From: Octopus sinensis
Taxonomy: Eukaryota
NCBI RefSeq assembly: GCF_006345805.1
Contig: NC_043021.1
Location: forward strand, 1,860,001 to 1,924,000
Direction of reading: 5' to 3'
Length of the DNA stretch: 64,000 bases
The notes beneath the pieces were generated by a model, which saw nothing but the letters and a program-made list of their open reading frames with translations, had not been told where the DNA came from and did no database searches. The position numbers and the translations under genes are program-made. Position 1 is the first letter of the stretch; each line of letters opens with the position of its first letter. This document shows, piece by piece, positions 36,901 through 51,208 of this stretch.

Positions 36901-38727
36901 TCAAAGAGGCCATATTAGGGGTCAATCTGAAGGTGGACTCAACAAAAATTTCAGGAAACCTTGGGATCCCGCTTTCTACAGTTTCTGATTGTAGAATTCA
37001 CCAGAGAGAGGAAAGAGTCCACATCACCTCACCCAGGGCCCTCTGACAGGACCCTTCACTTTAAGAGAAGTGTGGAGGATAATCCTCATTGCAAGGCCTC
37101 CGACATAGCAGAACAAGTTGATACCCCTTCTAACAGCAACCACTTTACAGAGTGTACAGTCATTGGATTGCAACCATAATGGGGCTCCACCTTAAGGGTT
37201 TAGTTGAATAAATTGACCCCAGTCCTTATTTTTTAAACCTGGTACTTATTCTATCAGTTTCTTTTGCTGAACATTTAAGCTACAGGGATGTAAACAAACT
37301 AACACCAGTTCTCAAGTGGTGGAGGTATGCAAACACACAAGCACACATCATGAGCTTCTTTCAGTTTCCTTCAACTAAATCCACTCACAAGGCTTTGGTC
37401 GGCCCGAAGCTATAGTAGAAGACACTTGCCCAAGGTTCCACAGTGCGGGACTGAACCCCAAATCATGTGAGCCACACAGTTTCCATTATATAAAAATACA
37501 GCATCATTTAATGATATTTACCTTTGTTCTTGTCTTGATTGATGTTGCTGTTCTTGAGGTTAATGTCCTTCGTAGAACCCAGAGTCTTGTCAGACTTAAA
37601 CTTCAACGATGCACTTCGCCGTATGTGCTCGTGGGCGCTTTTTCTGTAGCGATTGCGAGACGCTCTTGCACTTTGACTGCGCTGAGGTTTGGTCTTGCTT
37701 GAAGCCTTCTTGATGTCGTTTGCACTGCTTGATGTCTGACATGATATCGAACGAACTTGTGCTTTGGGAGGTGGCACCATGGGAATGTAAAACTGTTTAT
37801 AAGGGGACCAGGGCACAGCAAAGGAGTTCTCACCCAAAGGAACTCGATAAGTGTCCGGGGTGACCACAAAATATCCACTTCCTGTAACAAATGAAATAAA
37901 ATTTTAAAATGAAATTAATTATAATAATGATTTCAAATTTTGGCACAAGGCCAGCAATCTCCAGAGAGAGAGAGAGAGTAAGCCAGTTACATTGGCACCA
38001 ATACTCAAACGGTACTTATTTTATCGACCCTGAAAGGATGAAAGACAAAGTCAGCCTTGACAGAATTTGAAATGAGCACAAAGGCACACAAAATGCTACT
38101 AAGCATCTTACCCAGAGAGTTAACGTTTCTGCCAGCTCACCACCTTTAAATTAATTATATCACAATCAGAATAATGAACTGGGAAAGGTTTATTAATTAA
38201 ATTACAGAAACTTTCAAATAAATTATTTTTTACATGTATAATAATTTGTCTTTTGGCTTTGTCAGGAGTGGTGGGGAGGGACAGCACCCATTGACCGGTT
38301 TATGAGTTTGTATGCACATTCACAGAGTAAAATAAATGACAAAGATGAAGATATCAATTTAATATAAGATTAATATTGGCGTAGGACTGGCTGTGTGGTA
38401 AGTAGCTTGCTTACCAACCACATGGTTCCGGGTTCAGTCATGGCACCTTGGGCAAGTGTCTTCTACTATAGCCTTGGGCCGACCAAAGCCTTGAGAGTGG
38501 ATTTGGTAGACGGAAACTAAAAGAAGCCCGTTGTATATATGTATATATATGTGTGTGTCTGTATGTTTGTATGTCTGTGTTTGTCCCCCCAACATTGCTT
38601 GACAACTGATGCTGGTGTGTATACATCCCCGTAACTTAGCAGTTTGGCAAAAGAGACCGATAGAATAAGTACTACGCTTACAAAAAATAAGTCCTGGGGT
38701 CGATTTGCCAGGAAAGGCCATTATTAT

Positions 38728-38770
<43 letters not shown>

Positions 38771-41700
38771 AAATATCTACCAAAAAATATAGAATTGGTG
38801 TTTTCTGCAAGTCATGTGGCTTCAATGAACTCGACATATCTGAACAAAAAAATGGTTTCAAATATGACATCCTGCAATGAAATTCTGATTTCCATAGTAA
38901 AATGGTTAATATTGGCAGAGTGGTGATACCAGTGCAAAATGTGATGCTTTGATATTTATAAAACAATGATGACAATGGGTGGAGATAACATTTTGATATT
39001 TATGAAATTAACTGGTGCAGTAGCAACGGAATTTGATGGTAATAATATTGAAATATTTCACCATTTTCCCGTTTTATGTATGGCAAGAATCAAACTTGAG
39101 TCCGTTGATTTCCTATCACAGGACATCATTCTTAGTAGTTTATGGTAAAATTATGTCTTTTATATATTTTTCAGCTTGGCAATATGTTTCTTGAGCTGGA
39201 GATTACTAAACACACACATACGGTCATACATACATATATACACACATGAAAGACGTTGCCAAACACAAAAATATATTAAAAAATTGAATAATATTGCTCA
39301 TTTTTTTTTTTGTGTTGCCAAATAATCATAGGCACTAGATATTCATTCTTCATTTCAGATTCATTTCATTATTGTTCTTATTTCATCTGTGTCGGAAAAT
39401 CCTTCGTCACCCATCCTGTGACCTCTTCAGCGACTCTTCATCTCATGTCTCCTCCTGTTCTGTTTAGCCCATGAAGAGGTAACAGGACATGTGGTGAAAG
39501 ATTGCCAAACATAGGACATAAAATAAGAACAATTATAAAATAATTCTGAAGTGAAGAACAAATGTATAAAGCGTATGTTTATTTGGCCAAAAAAGGGAAA
39601 AAGTGGTTACCCCAAAATATAACAATGTCTGGTTCAAGAGACGATTTCATATCAGGAATTTTGCAAAAATAAATGCACAATGTAAAAAATAAATAGATTT
39701 TCCATAAATTGCCAAGAACAATGTTGTGTTTTCGATTCTTGTAATTTTTAAAATTTCTCCACAATTACATTTTCTGCTGTGATCTCTAAAAATCTCTAAA
39801 CAAGTTTTATAAATGCTTTTGGGGTGACCTGCTGTACTTGAGGAGACCTTTTGAGTCAAGAACATCAACATCAAAATAAAAATCAAATGGAAATTGTAGT
39901 TGTGATACCCGTGCCGGTAGCATGTCAAAAGCACCATCCAAATGTGGCCGATGCCAGCGCCACCTTGGCTGGCTTCCGTGCCGGTGGCACGTAAAAAGCA
40001 CCAACCAATCATGCCCGTTGCTCGCCTCTTCTGGCCCATGTGCCAGTGACATGTAAAAAGCACCCACTACACTCACAGAGTGGTTGGCGTTAGGAAGGGC
40101 ATCCAGCTGTAGAAACACTGCCAGATCAGATTGGAGCCTGGTGCAGCCTCCTGGCTTCCCAGACCCCGGTCAAACCGTCCAACCCATACTAGCATGGATA
40201 ACAGACGTTAAACGATGATGATGATGATGATGACTATACCCCGAAATACATTGCTTATTACAGCCCGTATGTTATACAAGTAACAATTCTTCATTACTAA
40301 AATGTAGTTTTTACCTGTCTTCATAATAGGAAATTCAAAATTCTTCATTTTGATACCGAACATGCTTTTTAAAAGATTTCTCACAGAAATCAGCTGGCAA
40401 AAGTTTGACACATTTGATACTTAAAACGAAAGAGTGCCGAAATATTTACACACCACATAATGGTTGCAGTGAGAATGACGGTGCAGAGTGACAAGTTGCA
40501 TACTTAGAAAGCAAAACAGTGTGCAGTAATAAAAGAGGTGAGCGATTCCTCGTCATCGTTAGTTAAAATCCACTTTTCCACGCATGCATGGGTTGGATGG
40601 AATTTACTGAAGCAGGTTTTCTCAGTCAGGATGCTCTTCTTTTTGCCAACCCTTGACTGCGAAGGATGGCTGTAAACGAATGTCACCTTCATGTAAGCGG
40701 TGTCTTTTATCTTCAATCTTTATTGAAAACATGTCGAGTTATTGGGGAGGCGGGGGAATATGACAATATTTGGAAACGGGTGAGGGTTAGCAACGGGAAG
40801 GGCATCCAGCTGTAGAAATGTCCATCTCGACAAATTCTGTCCCACTGATGCAAGCATGGAAAAGTGGACGTTATGATGGTGATGGTGATAGTATTTGATG
40901 CATTGATAACTGTGCATCGTGGTGACAGTGGTGGTGGTCGTGGTGACAATAATACTTTGATAAGACAATCTTGGTGCAGCGATCACTGTGCATAATGACA
41001 TCATCGAGGCGGTTATAAATCAATATGATAACGACACCGACAACAACAACATTAAGGATAGAATGAACAAACAGTGAAAATATTAATGGATACCTTCTGG
41101 GTAAGGGTTGTCAGACATGAAAGAGAAAGAGAGAGAGATAGAGAGAGAGTGAGAGACGTCAGTGTGGTGGTGGTGGTGGTGTGGTGATGATGTTTGAAGT
41201 CAATGGTGCATGGAGACAGAGCATGTGAAGAGGATGATAATGGGAGGCGTGAAGCTGCTGGTGATGGAAGATGTAGTAGGGGGCAGTGGTGGTGGTGACG
41301 AAATATGTCTATGGTTAGCAGTCGCGTTACAAATGGCCACTATTCCTGGAAAGGTTTAAGGGGTAGATTCCTCAGGCACCCTCTTCACAGGGTCCTACCA
41401 GAAGCAGTCACCATTACATTTTCTGGTTGGATTCCCAAACATGACCAACACTATAAATATTATCCAACCATCTCGTTTTTGGTCAATTCTTAGTCTCCTG
41501 CCAGTCATGGGAATAGAATTGTCGGGCGTCTCCTCTATAGGGTCCTATCAGAAGTAACCATCATTAAATTTTCTGGCTGAATTTCCCAAGTGAGACGAAT
41601 TGGGACTATGGACCATCTTGTTCTTCCCCAAGTCTCTAGCTGGTAGGCTTGGCTTGGCTTGAAGAATATGTTTCATGGTTCTTTCTTGCAAAGGAAGACA

Positions 41701-42518
41701 CAGCCTCTGATCCTTTGCTTTGGTTTTTTAAAAATAAGTGGCGAACTTTGGATGATGCAGCCCCGAATAAATGCATCTGAATAAACATTGCCGGACAGCA
41801 AATAGGGACTTGGACATTGCTTAGAAAATATTTTTCATTTTTAATCTCGTATATAGTACACACTAGGGATTTTGACCTTTAAATTTTGGGGAAAAAATGC
41901 AGATTATACTCGCGGATTTACGGTACTGTGGTTTGAGTGTGATGTCTCTGACATGCTACCAAGCAATGCGATTTCAAATCACTACTGCATAGTCATGAAC
42001 AAATTATGGCCCCTCAAAACTTTCAGGAAAATGAGTATTTTGAAATGAAATTTTCTACAAATATCTTTCAGATGGTGTAATAATAATGATTATATCAAAA
42101 TTTCATGTGCAAAAGAAAAACAAAAAAAACTGACAGATGCACACACACACACACACACACACACAAATACACACGTGTACATACTGACACACATCACAAT
42201 TGTTTTTTCAAAATTTCAAGATTCCCTTTGTAGATGTGTGTGTGTGTTTGTGTGTGCGATGTGTATCAGCAGATATTTGTGCACGCATCTACCATTTTTT
42301 TTTTTTTTATTTCTTTTCATAGCACATTAAATTCTGATAAAATCCCAATCTACAACCATCTGAGAGGTAGTCATACAAAGATTTCTTTGAAAAACACCCA
42401 TTTTTCTGAAAGTGATGAAGAAACAAAGTTGGGTTGGGTGGGGGTCGGGGAGGGGGAGTGGGGTTCAGAGGCACACTTGTGTATGTATGCCAGCCTAACA
42501 CTGCACCGATTTTGCCAT

Positions 42519-42559
<41 letters not shown>

Positions 42560-42691
42560 CATGCACATGCACACACGTGTATCGTGTGCCTCATGTAAGT
42601 TGGCATAGAAATATTTTTTCCGTATTTGACAAGCGGCACATTCAATATATGACAAGGTCACATGTGACGCTATGCCTCACATTCCATGCAT

Positions 42692-42724
<33 letters not shown>

Positions 42725-44195
42725 GTGTGTGTGTGTGTGGGTGGTGTATATCATTCCATCACAAGTGCACATTGCAGACACACTAATCCTCCCCCACACG
42801 CCACACACAAATTACATATCGATCTATCCATCACTTTGACCCACATTCTCTCTCACTCTCTCTCTCTCTTTCCTCCCTCATTCTCTCTCTCTCCTCCCTC
42901 AGTCTCTCTCTCTCCCTCTCTCTCTCTGGCTGACCCTTTCTTTTTCTCATTCTAATCCTTTCCCTTGCACACACTTCTATCCTTCATACCAAAACCTTAC
43001 ACAAAATGCAAACAGCACCAAAAAGAGAGAGAGATGGGGAAGAGAGAGAGGGGGAAAGAGAGAGAGATGTGAAAGAAAGAGAGAGAGATGTGAAAGAGAG
43101 ACACAGATGGGAAAGAGAGAGTGATGGGAAAGAAAGAGAGATGTGAAAGAAAGAGAGAGAAGGGAAAGAGAGAGATATGGGAAAGAGAGAGAGATGGGAA
43201 AGAGAGAGAGATGGGGAAGAGAGAGACAGATGGGAAAGAGAGAGACAGATCTGAAAGAGATGTGAAAGAGAGAGACATATGTGAAAGAGAGAGAGAGATG
43301 GAAGAGCTGGCTCTCCCCTCTTTAACCAGACAATCCCATCACATTTCTTTTCTAAACTTCTGCAACGATGCAGTTCTCTTAGAATGGGAAGAGTTGATGA
43401 AACGGTAAGGGGAGCGACGACAGAAGAAGAAGAAGGAAAGGCTTGCATCCCTCCCCACTACACACACAAACATTATAACAGTCCCCACCATCGCCAATGC
43501 CATCTCCACCCCCATCATTACCATCAGTAACTGCAAGCAGCAGCAGCAGCCGAGAGTCGTCATCGCATCTTTTCTAAGACAGCCGCAAGTCTAACAAACA
43601 TCAAACGGTTTCTAAATTATTTGCAAAAATAAAAGAAAAAATATTCATAGAAGTAAATAAAAATAAAAGAAAGGCAAAAAAACAATTGCAGATGGCGAAC
43701 GTTGTTCAGTAGTCTATTTTTTTTTTGTCATTGTTTACACTTTTCCGTTTATATTTTATTTATACTTTCGAGGAATTTTCGAAGAATTTTATATAAATAA
43801 ATATATATACGTGTGCATGTGTGTACATGTATGTATGTGTGTGTGTGTGTGTTCATGGGGGAGATAAAAAGCCCATCGTTAAATTCAGAAATAGATTACC
43901 ACAATCCCCACCCACCCACTGACACACACACACAACATGTACGCGTGCGTGTGAGAGAGAGCAAATTTATTGATATCTGTGTCGACAAACGTATGGTTTG
44001 TTTCGCACTGTAGAGCTTCTCGAAATGATAATGATGGTTGTGGCGAGGAGGATGGTGGTGGTAGTGGCGGCGATGACATCCAGATATAACCATATGCACA
44101 GATTATATCATATATATATATATACAAACAACATATAAGCATATGTTCACACATATATATAATATATAGACACACACATGTACATATATGCAGTT

Positions 44196-44240
<45 letters not shown>

Positions 44241-44405
44241 CATACATACATATACATATATATATACATACATACATATACAGACACACGTACATATATA
44301 GTTCCTTATATATATAATAATATATAAGTATATGCTCATATATATATATATACATACATACATACATACACACACACACAGACACGTATATATAGTTCCT
44401 TATAT

Positions 44406-44448
<43 letters not shown>

Positions 44449-44540
44449 ATATAAGTATATGTTCATACATATATATACATACATACATACATATACATAT
44501 ATATAGACACACACACACATGTACATATATACAGTTCCTA

Positions 44541-44585
<45 letters not shown>

Positions 44586-47500
44586 GACACATACATTATA
44601 TATATATGTATGTACACACACACAGATGTTGATGCAAACAGGAAAATAGAACTCAAAATATGAGTATACATGTATTTTTATTAATATTTAGCACAAAACT
44701 CTTAGACCTTGAGTCACTGTGCTTCAGTTAAATACACACACACACACACACATGTAAATGTGTGAGCATAAAAGACCACGTACATAATATTTACTAGCTG
44801 TAACTATTTTGCCTTGAGAAATTTCTGAAGTTATTGTGTGCTAAAAATACAGACCTCACTCAAAATGGCATCAGTAGATTGTCAGACACCAGTGTTTTGG
44901 CTTTATTTAAGCTCCTCAGGGATGAATACCTGCTGAGCCCACCTGAGCTAAGTCGGAATTTTTACATTCCGATACAGAAATTGGCAACAAAACTTCTGCT
45001 GATTTTTGCAGAAACTGGTCAGGCTTCAAATAAAATAGCTTAAGCACTTAAAACAGCATTAAATTAAAATAATGCTGTGTTTAACATCTATAATACACAT
45101 ACAGGTACAGACATGGCTGTGCGGTTTCCTTCTTGGCCACATGGCTCCCTGTTCAATCTCACTGCATGGCAAGTGTCTTCTACTATATAGCCTTGGGCCG
45201 ACCAAAGCCTTGTGAGTGGATTTGCTAGATGGAACCTGAAAGAAGCCCATCGTCTGTGTGTATGTGTTGCCTACTGTTTAACAATTGGTGTTGGTGTGTT
45301 TACATCCCCATAACTTAGCAGTTTGGCAAAAGAGACCAATAGAATAAGAACAAGGCTTAAAAATATAAGAACTGGGGTCGATTCCTATTTCTTATTTCTT
45401 TATTTCCTTATTGCCCACAAGGGGCTACACATAGAGGGACAAACAAGGACAGACGAAGGTATTAAGTTGATTACATCGACCCCAATGCATAACTGGTACT
45501 TAATTTATTGACCCCGAAAGGATGAAAGTCAAAGTCGACCTCAGCGGAATTTGAACTCAGAACGTAACAGCAGATGAAATACCTATTTCTTTACTACCCA
45601 CAAGGGGCTAAACACAGAGAGGACAAACAAGGACAGACAAACAGATTAAGTCGATTATATTGACCCCAGTGCGTAACTAGTACTTATTTAATTGACCCCG
45701 AAAGGATGAAAGGCAAAGTCGACCTTGGCGGAATTTGAACTCGGAATGTAACAGCAGACGAAATACCGCTAAGCATTTCGCCTGGCATGCTAACAATTGT
45801 GCCAGCTCACCGCCTTTCTCTGGGGTCGATTCGTTGACCGAAGTCCTTCAAGACGGTGCTCCAGCATGGCCGCAGTCCACTGAGTGAAACAAGCAAAGGG
45901 TGAGACACTCTCGTGCAACATGCAAACAAGCACATGCCTGCAAGCATGCACCTACGTGCAGATGCTTGCAATGCAGTTGCATATACTAAACAAGTCTACA
46001 TATTCCTAGTCACACACAGAGACACACTTGACGGTGTCCAAACTCTACAACCCCAGAGCGCACCCTCACCCACACGTTTGCCGATGGAGAGACACACCAA
46101 AGCGTTTTACTGCAACTGCTGCAGAAAAAATCAAAGAGTCTGGAAAAGAAGAATGGTAATTAAGAAAGGTTGGGGAACAGCAGGGGACAGGGAGGGGGGG
46201 AACAGGTTGAGAATAGTTGTGATGGTAACAGTGATGTGGTATAAAGTGGTAAGTTATGTGGTGTGTGTGTATGGGGAGGGGGGGGTACCGGTGTGACGTA
46301 TGTAGTAAGGAAGTGTATGTAGGGGAGGGGTTTATGGAGTGTGTGTGTGTGATGTAGAATTCTTTGTTTCGTGGAAACAAGGCACAAAAAAAAGAAAAGG
46401 AAAAACAAATTCCTTTATTAAAGAATGGTCTTTGTCTGCGACTGAGAACTGTGTCTTGAAATTCAAAGGATCAAAAGAGAAGCGGTTTAAGGAACAAGGA
46501 AAGAAAGTATATTTCGGAAAATGAAAAATTTCACAAACTCCCCCACCCTTGGGCCGGCTGTGACATTGAGTGCCTCTGCGATTCTTTTAAGATCAGGCTT
46601 GCAGGAAATAACTCTTTACCATTTCTAAGCACCACACTTAGCTCTGGGTTGTAGTAGTAGCAGCAGTGGTAGTGGTGGTAGTGGTAGTAGTAATAGCAGT
46701 AATTGGTGATGGTGGTAGTAGTAATGGTGGTGGTGGTGGTAGCAGCAGTGATGTAGTAGTGGTGGTGGTAGTGGTGGTGGTAGTGGTGGTAGTAGTATTA
46801 GTAGTAGTAGTAGTAGTATAGTAGTAGTAATGGTGGTGGAAATGGTAGTAGTATGGTGATGGTGGTAGTAGTAGTAGTAGTAATTGGTGATGGTAGTAGT
46901 AGTAATGGTGGTGGTGGTAGCAGCAGTGATGTAGTAGTTGTGGTGGTGGTGGTGGTAGTGGTAGTAGTAGTAGTAGTAGTAGTAGTTGCCATTGTTGTTG
47001 TTGCAGTAGTTGCAGTCATGCTAGCAGCAGTAGTAGCAGCAGTCATTGTGGTGGTAGCCACTATTGATTGTGGCACTCCCCCCACTGCCCCACCCAATCC
47101 AGCAGGACTATGATCAAAGATATTCCAATCATACCAATCTCAATGGGGAGGAGGGAAAGAAAGAAAGGAGAGGTGGAGGGACCAGATGATATCATTCAAA
47201 CCATCCATCTCGGAGTACATTATCCAATGTGCCTTTCTTTCCTTTTTAAAGCAGTAATATGAGTAGGATGTGTCTTGGCAGCTGCTATTTCTAGTATACC
47301 AGAGAACCACCTAGAGGCTCCCTCGTTGGTTCAAATCATTATTGATGAGATCAATCAGGGAGCCAGACTAATTGTCTCTCACAATATTGGTTTCAAATTT
47401 TGGCACAAAGCCAGCAACATGGGGGTGGGGGTGAGTTGATTACATCAACCCCCCAGAATTCAACTGGTACTTATTTCATCGACCCTGCCCGAAAGGATGA

Positions 47501-50500
47501 AAGGCAAAGTCAACCTCAGCAGAATTTGAACTCAGAATGTAAAGACAGACAATATGTCGCTAAGCATTTTACCCAAAGTGCCAATGAGTCTGACAGCTCA
47601 CCACCTAAACAATAATAATCCTTTCTATTATAGGCACAAGGCCTGAAATTTTGGAGGTAGGGACCAGTTGATTACATCAACCCCAGTGTTTCACTGGTAC
47701 TACTTTTGGGCCACTCTGTATACATTCATATGTATGTGTCTGACGGAATGGAGAGATGAAGGCATAGAGCCTAGTGGTTGCAATGTTGCACTTACAATCA
47801 CAAGATTACCGTTTTGATTCCCAGACCAGCATTGCATTTTGTTCCAGAGCAAAACACTTCATTTCATGTTGGCCCATTCCATTCGATTATAAATGGGTAA
47901 CCCTGCAACAAACTGGCATCCCGTTCGTGCAGAATCCTGGCCTGCCCACCTCGCCAGTGGGTCAGCATCATTCAAAAGCTATAACTCTATCAGGAAGAGC
48001 ATTGTGGCCATCTAAGAGTCTGATCAATACAGTGATATATCTAAGTATCTGTCGGTCTGTCAGTCTGTCTCTCTATACTCGTTTACTCGTTTACTTGTTT
48101 CAGTCATTTGACTGCGGCCATGCTGGAGCACCGCCTTTAATCAAGCAAATCGACCCCGGGACTTATTCTTTGTAAGCCCAGTACTTATTCTATCGGTCTC
48201 TTTTGCCGAACCGCTAAGTGACGGGGACGTAAACACACCAGCATCGGTTGTCAAGCAACGTTGGGGGGACAAACACAGACACACAAACACATACACACAC
48301 ATACATATATATATATACATATATACGACAGGCTTCTTTCAGTTTCCGTCAACAAATCCACTCACAAGGCATTGGTCGGCCCGGAGCTATAGCAGAAGAC
48401 ACTTGCCCAAGATGCCACGCAGTGGGACTGAACCCGGAAGCATGTGGCTGGTAAGCAAGCTACTTACCACACAGCCACTCCTGCACCTATGCGTACTTGT
48501 ACTTTATTTTATTGATCTTGAAAGGACAAAAAGGTGAGAGTTGACCTTGATATGATTTGAACTCAGAATGCAAAGAGCCAGGAGCAGCATTATTATCTAA
48601 TCCACTACCCTATTAATAATGATGATGATGATGATGATGATGATATACTTCTAATTTTGGCACAAAGCCAGCGCAATTATGAAGGGAGGGGGGAAAAATC
48701 AATTACATCAACCCCAGTGCTCAACTGCTATTTATTTTATCGACCCCCAACTACTTTGACAAGTGCAGTATTAAGTAATCACTCAATTTCCTGTACAAAA
48801 CAGATCAGAGAGATCAGATGAAAAGGATTAATAATACATAGATATATATTTTGGATTGAAGAATAATTCATGAGGGGTTTTTCTTTTCAAATTCAGAAAT
48901 GCATTCAGAAATAAAATGCTTTATGTTATTAGAAAGAGAATTTTTTGCTCTATAAGATAGGGTTTTGATTTTTTAATTTTATTGATTTTTGTGTATTTTC
49001 AGATCATTAAAATGGAATGTCAAGTGGATAAAACTGAACATTTTCAACTCCATTTGTTTTTTGCATTTAATCGAGGTGTTAAGGCCACCAAAGCTGCTCC
49101 TGAGATTTGTGCTGGGTATGGAGGAGCAATGCCTCTAAGTATCACCCATTGTTGGTTTTTGTGCTTCATAAATGGATGGGAATTTTGACCTCAAGGATGG
49201 ATCACACACCCGTCAACAAGTTGAGTTTGATGAAGAACATCTGAATCGACTTCACGAAAATCCATGTCAAGCAACCAGGGTATTGGCAAAGCAGATGGAC
49301 TGTGATAAAAAAAAAAACTGTGGTTCACCACCTTCACTCAATGGGCAAGGTTCAGAAACACAGAACTTGGGTGCCACACACTGAGCGAAAACAACAAAAA
49401 TCAATGCTCCACAATCGCCACCAGTTTGCTCACTTGACATCATTCAACACATGGTCACAAATGGAGTGTCCTTTACCACATTGCTACTGACAATGGAAAA
49501 TGGCGGCGAGCTGGCAGAAACGTTAGCACGCCGAGCGAAATGCTTAGCGGTATTTCGTCTGCCATTACGTTCTGAGTTCAAATTCCGCCGAGGTCGACTT
49601 TGCCTTTCATCCTTTCGAGGGTCGATAAATTAAGTACCAGTTATGCACTGGGGTCGATATAATCGACTTAATCCATGTGTCTATCCTTGTTTGTCTCCTC
49701 TGCGTTTAGCCCCTTGTTGGTAGTAAAGAAATAGGAAAATGGTGTCATTATGCCAATATGAAGCAGCAAAAAGAATTGCTCAGTCCTGACAAACTAGCAA
49801 CTCTGCAAGCAAAACAAGACCTTCATCCCCGAAAGACCATGTTGTGTGTATGGTGGAACGTGGAACTAGGAAGGCATAATTCATTACGGACTGCTTGAGC
49901 ACAACCCAAAAACTCAATGTGGAGCTCTACATTCAACAACCGCACCGACTCAATCAAGCAATCCAGCAAAAAAGACCGCATACGTGAAATGGCGTTCTTC
50001 TGCAATACAACAATGCTCATCCTAACATCACCAATATGACCAAAGCCACGATTCAAGAACTCGAAATGGGAAGTGCTGCCTCATCCCCCATACTGTCCAG
50101 ACTTGGTGCCACCAGGTTTTCATCTCTTTCGACCGCTTTCGAATGCTTTGCGTGGTGTATCGTTCAACAATGATGTGGAAATCGAGGGCTTGGTTGAACG
50201 AATTCTTTGAGTCAAGACAGGGAGATTTCTGTCGCTAAAGCATCAAAAACCTTATTGAAGGATGGCAGGAAGTCATAAACAACAATGAAGAGCATGTTAT
50301 TGATTGATTTGTTGAAGTTTTTTTGTTTAGAATAAATTTGAAAAAAAAAAACATAAATTAATACTCAACCTATGTACTTATGCCTTTAGTCAAACAAGTC
50401 GATCCCAGGACTTATTCTTTCTAAGCCTAGCACTTATTCTATCGGTGCCTTTTGCTGAACCACTAAGTTAAGGGGACATAAACACACCATCGCCTGACAA

Positions 50501-51175
50501 CCAATGTTGGTGTGTTTACATCCCCAAAACCTAGTGGTTCAGCAAAAGACACCGATAGAATAAGTTACTAGGCTTTCAAAGAATAAGTGCTGGGGTCGAT
50601 TTGTTTGACTAAAGGCGGTGCTCCAGCATGGCTGCAGTCAAAATTATTGAAAAAAATAAAAGAATAAAAGAATATATATAACACACACACACACACACGG
50701 CATTTCTCCGTCTTGCAAACTACAGTGCGAAGAGCAATGCTGAAGGGACTGTGAGGCCCCTTATCTAATTATTTATTCATCCAAACACAGATAATATATC
50801 CCCTTATGATAATGGCTAGCTGAAACAATCCAAAGGGTAATGTTCCTGCTAATAATAAGGATTTGTAAATAACAACAACAACACTGTTGTATCTCAAAGG
50901 TGGAGAGGAGCGTTTAGCCAATAAAGAACACACACACACACACACAATGGTTATATTCCACTTCTTTTCGCGGTTATGAGTCAGCTCATTAAACATTTAG
51001 CCAATCAACTACTTGATTAATCATTCAGTCAATCAATAAATCAATCAGCTGGTTTGCTGGAGCCCTTTTTCGTCACTATTTCTGGCCTCATCAATAACAT
51101 GCCTTCCCCTCGTTACTCCAGCTCTGTCTCATTGTCTTTAAACTTTCATTACTGTATGTATACTTTGGGAGGTGT

Positions 51176-51208
<33 letters not shown>

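Noticed and set aside
46798-47113. Thr-rich and Val-rich ORFs (mucin-like)
   Set aside because: Trinucleotide repeat within the STOX intron, with no supporting splice context
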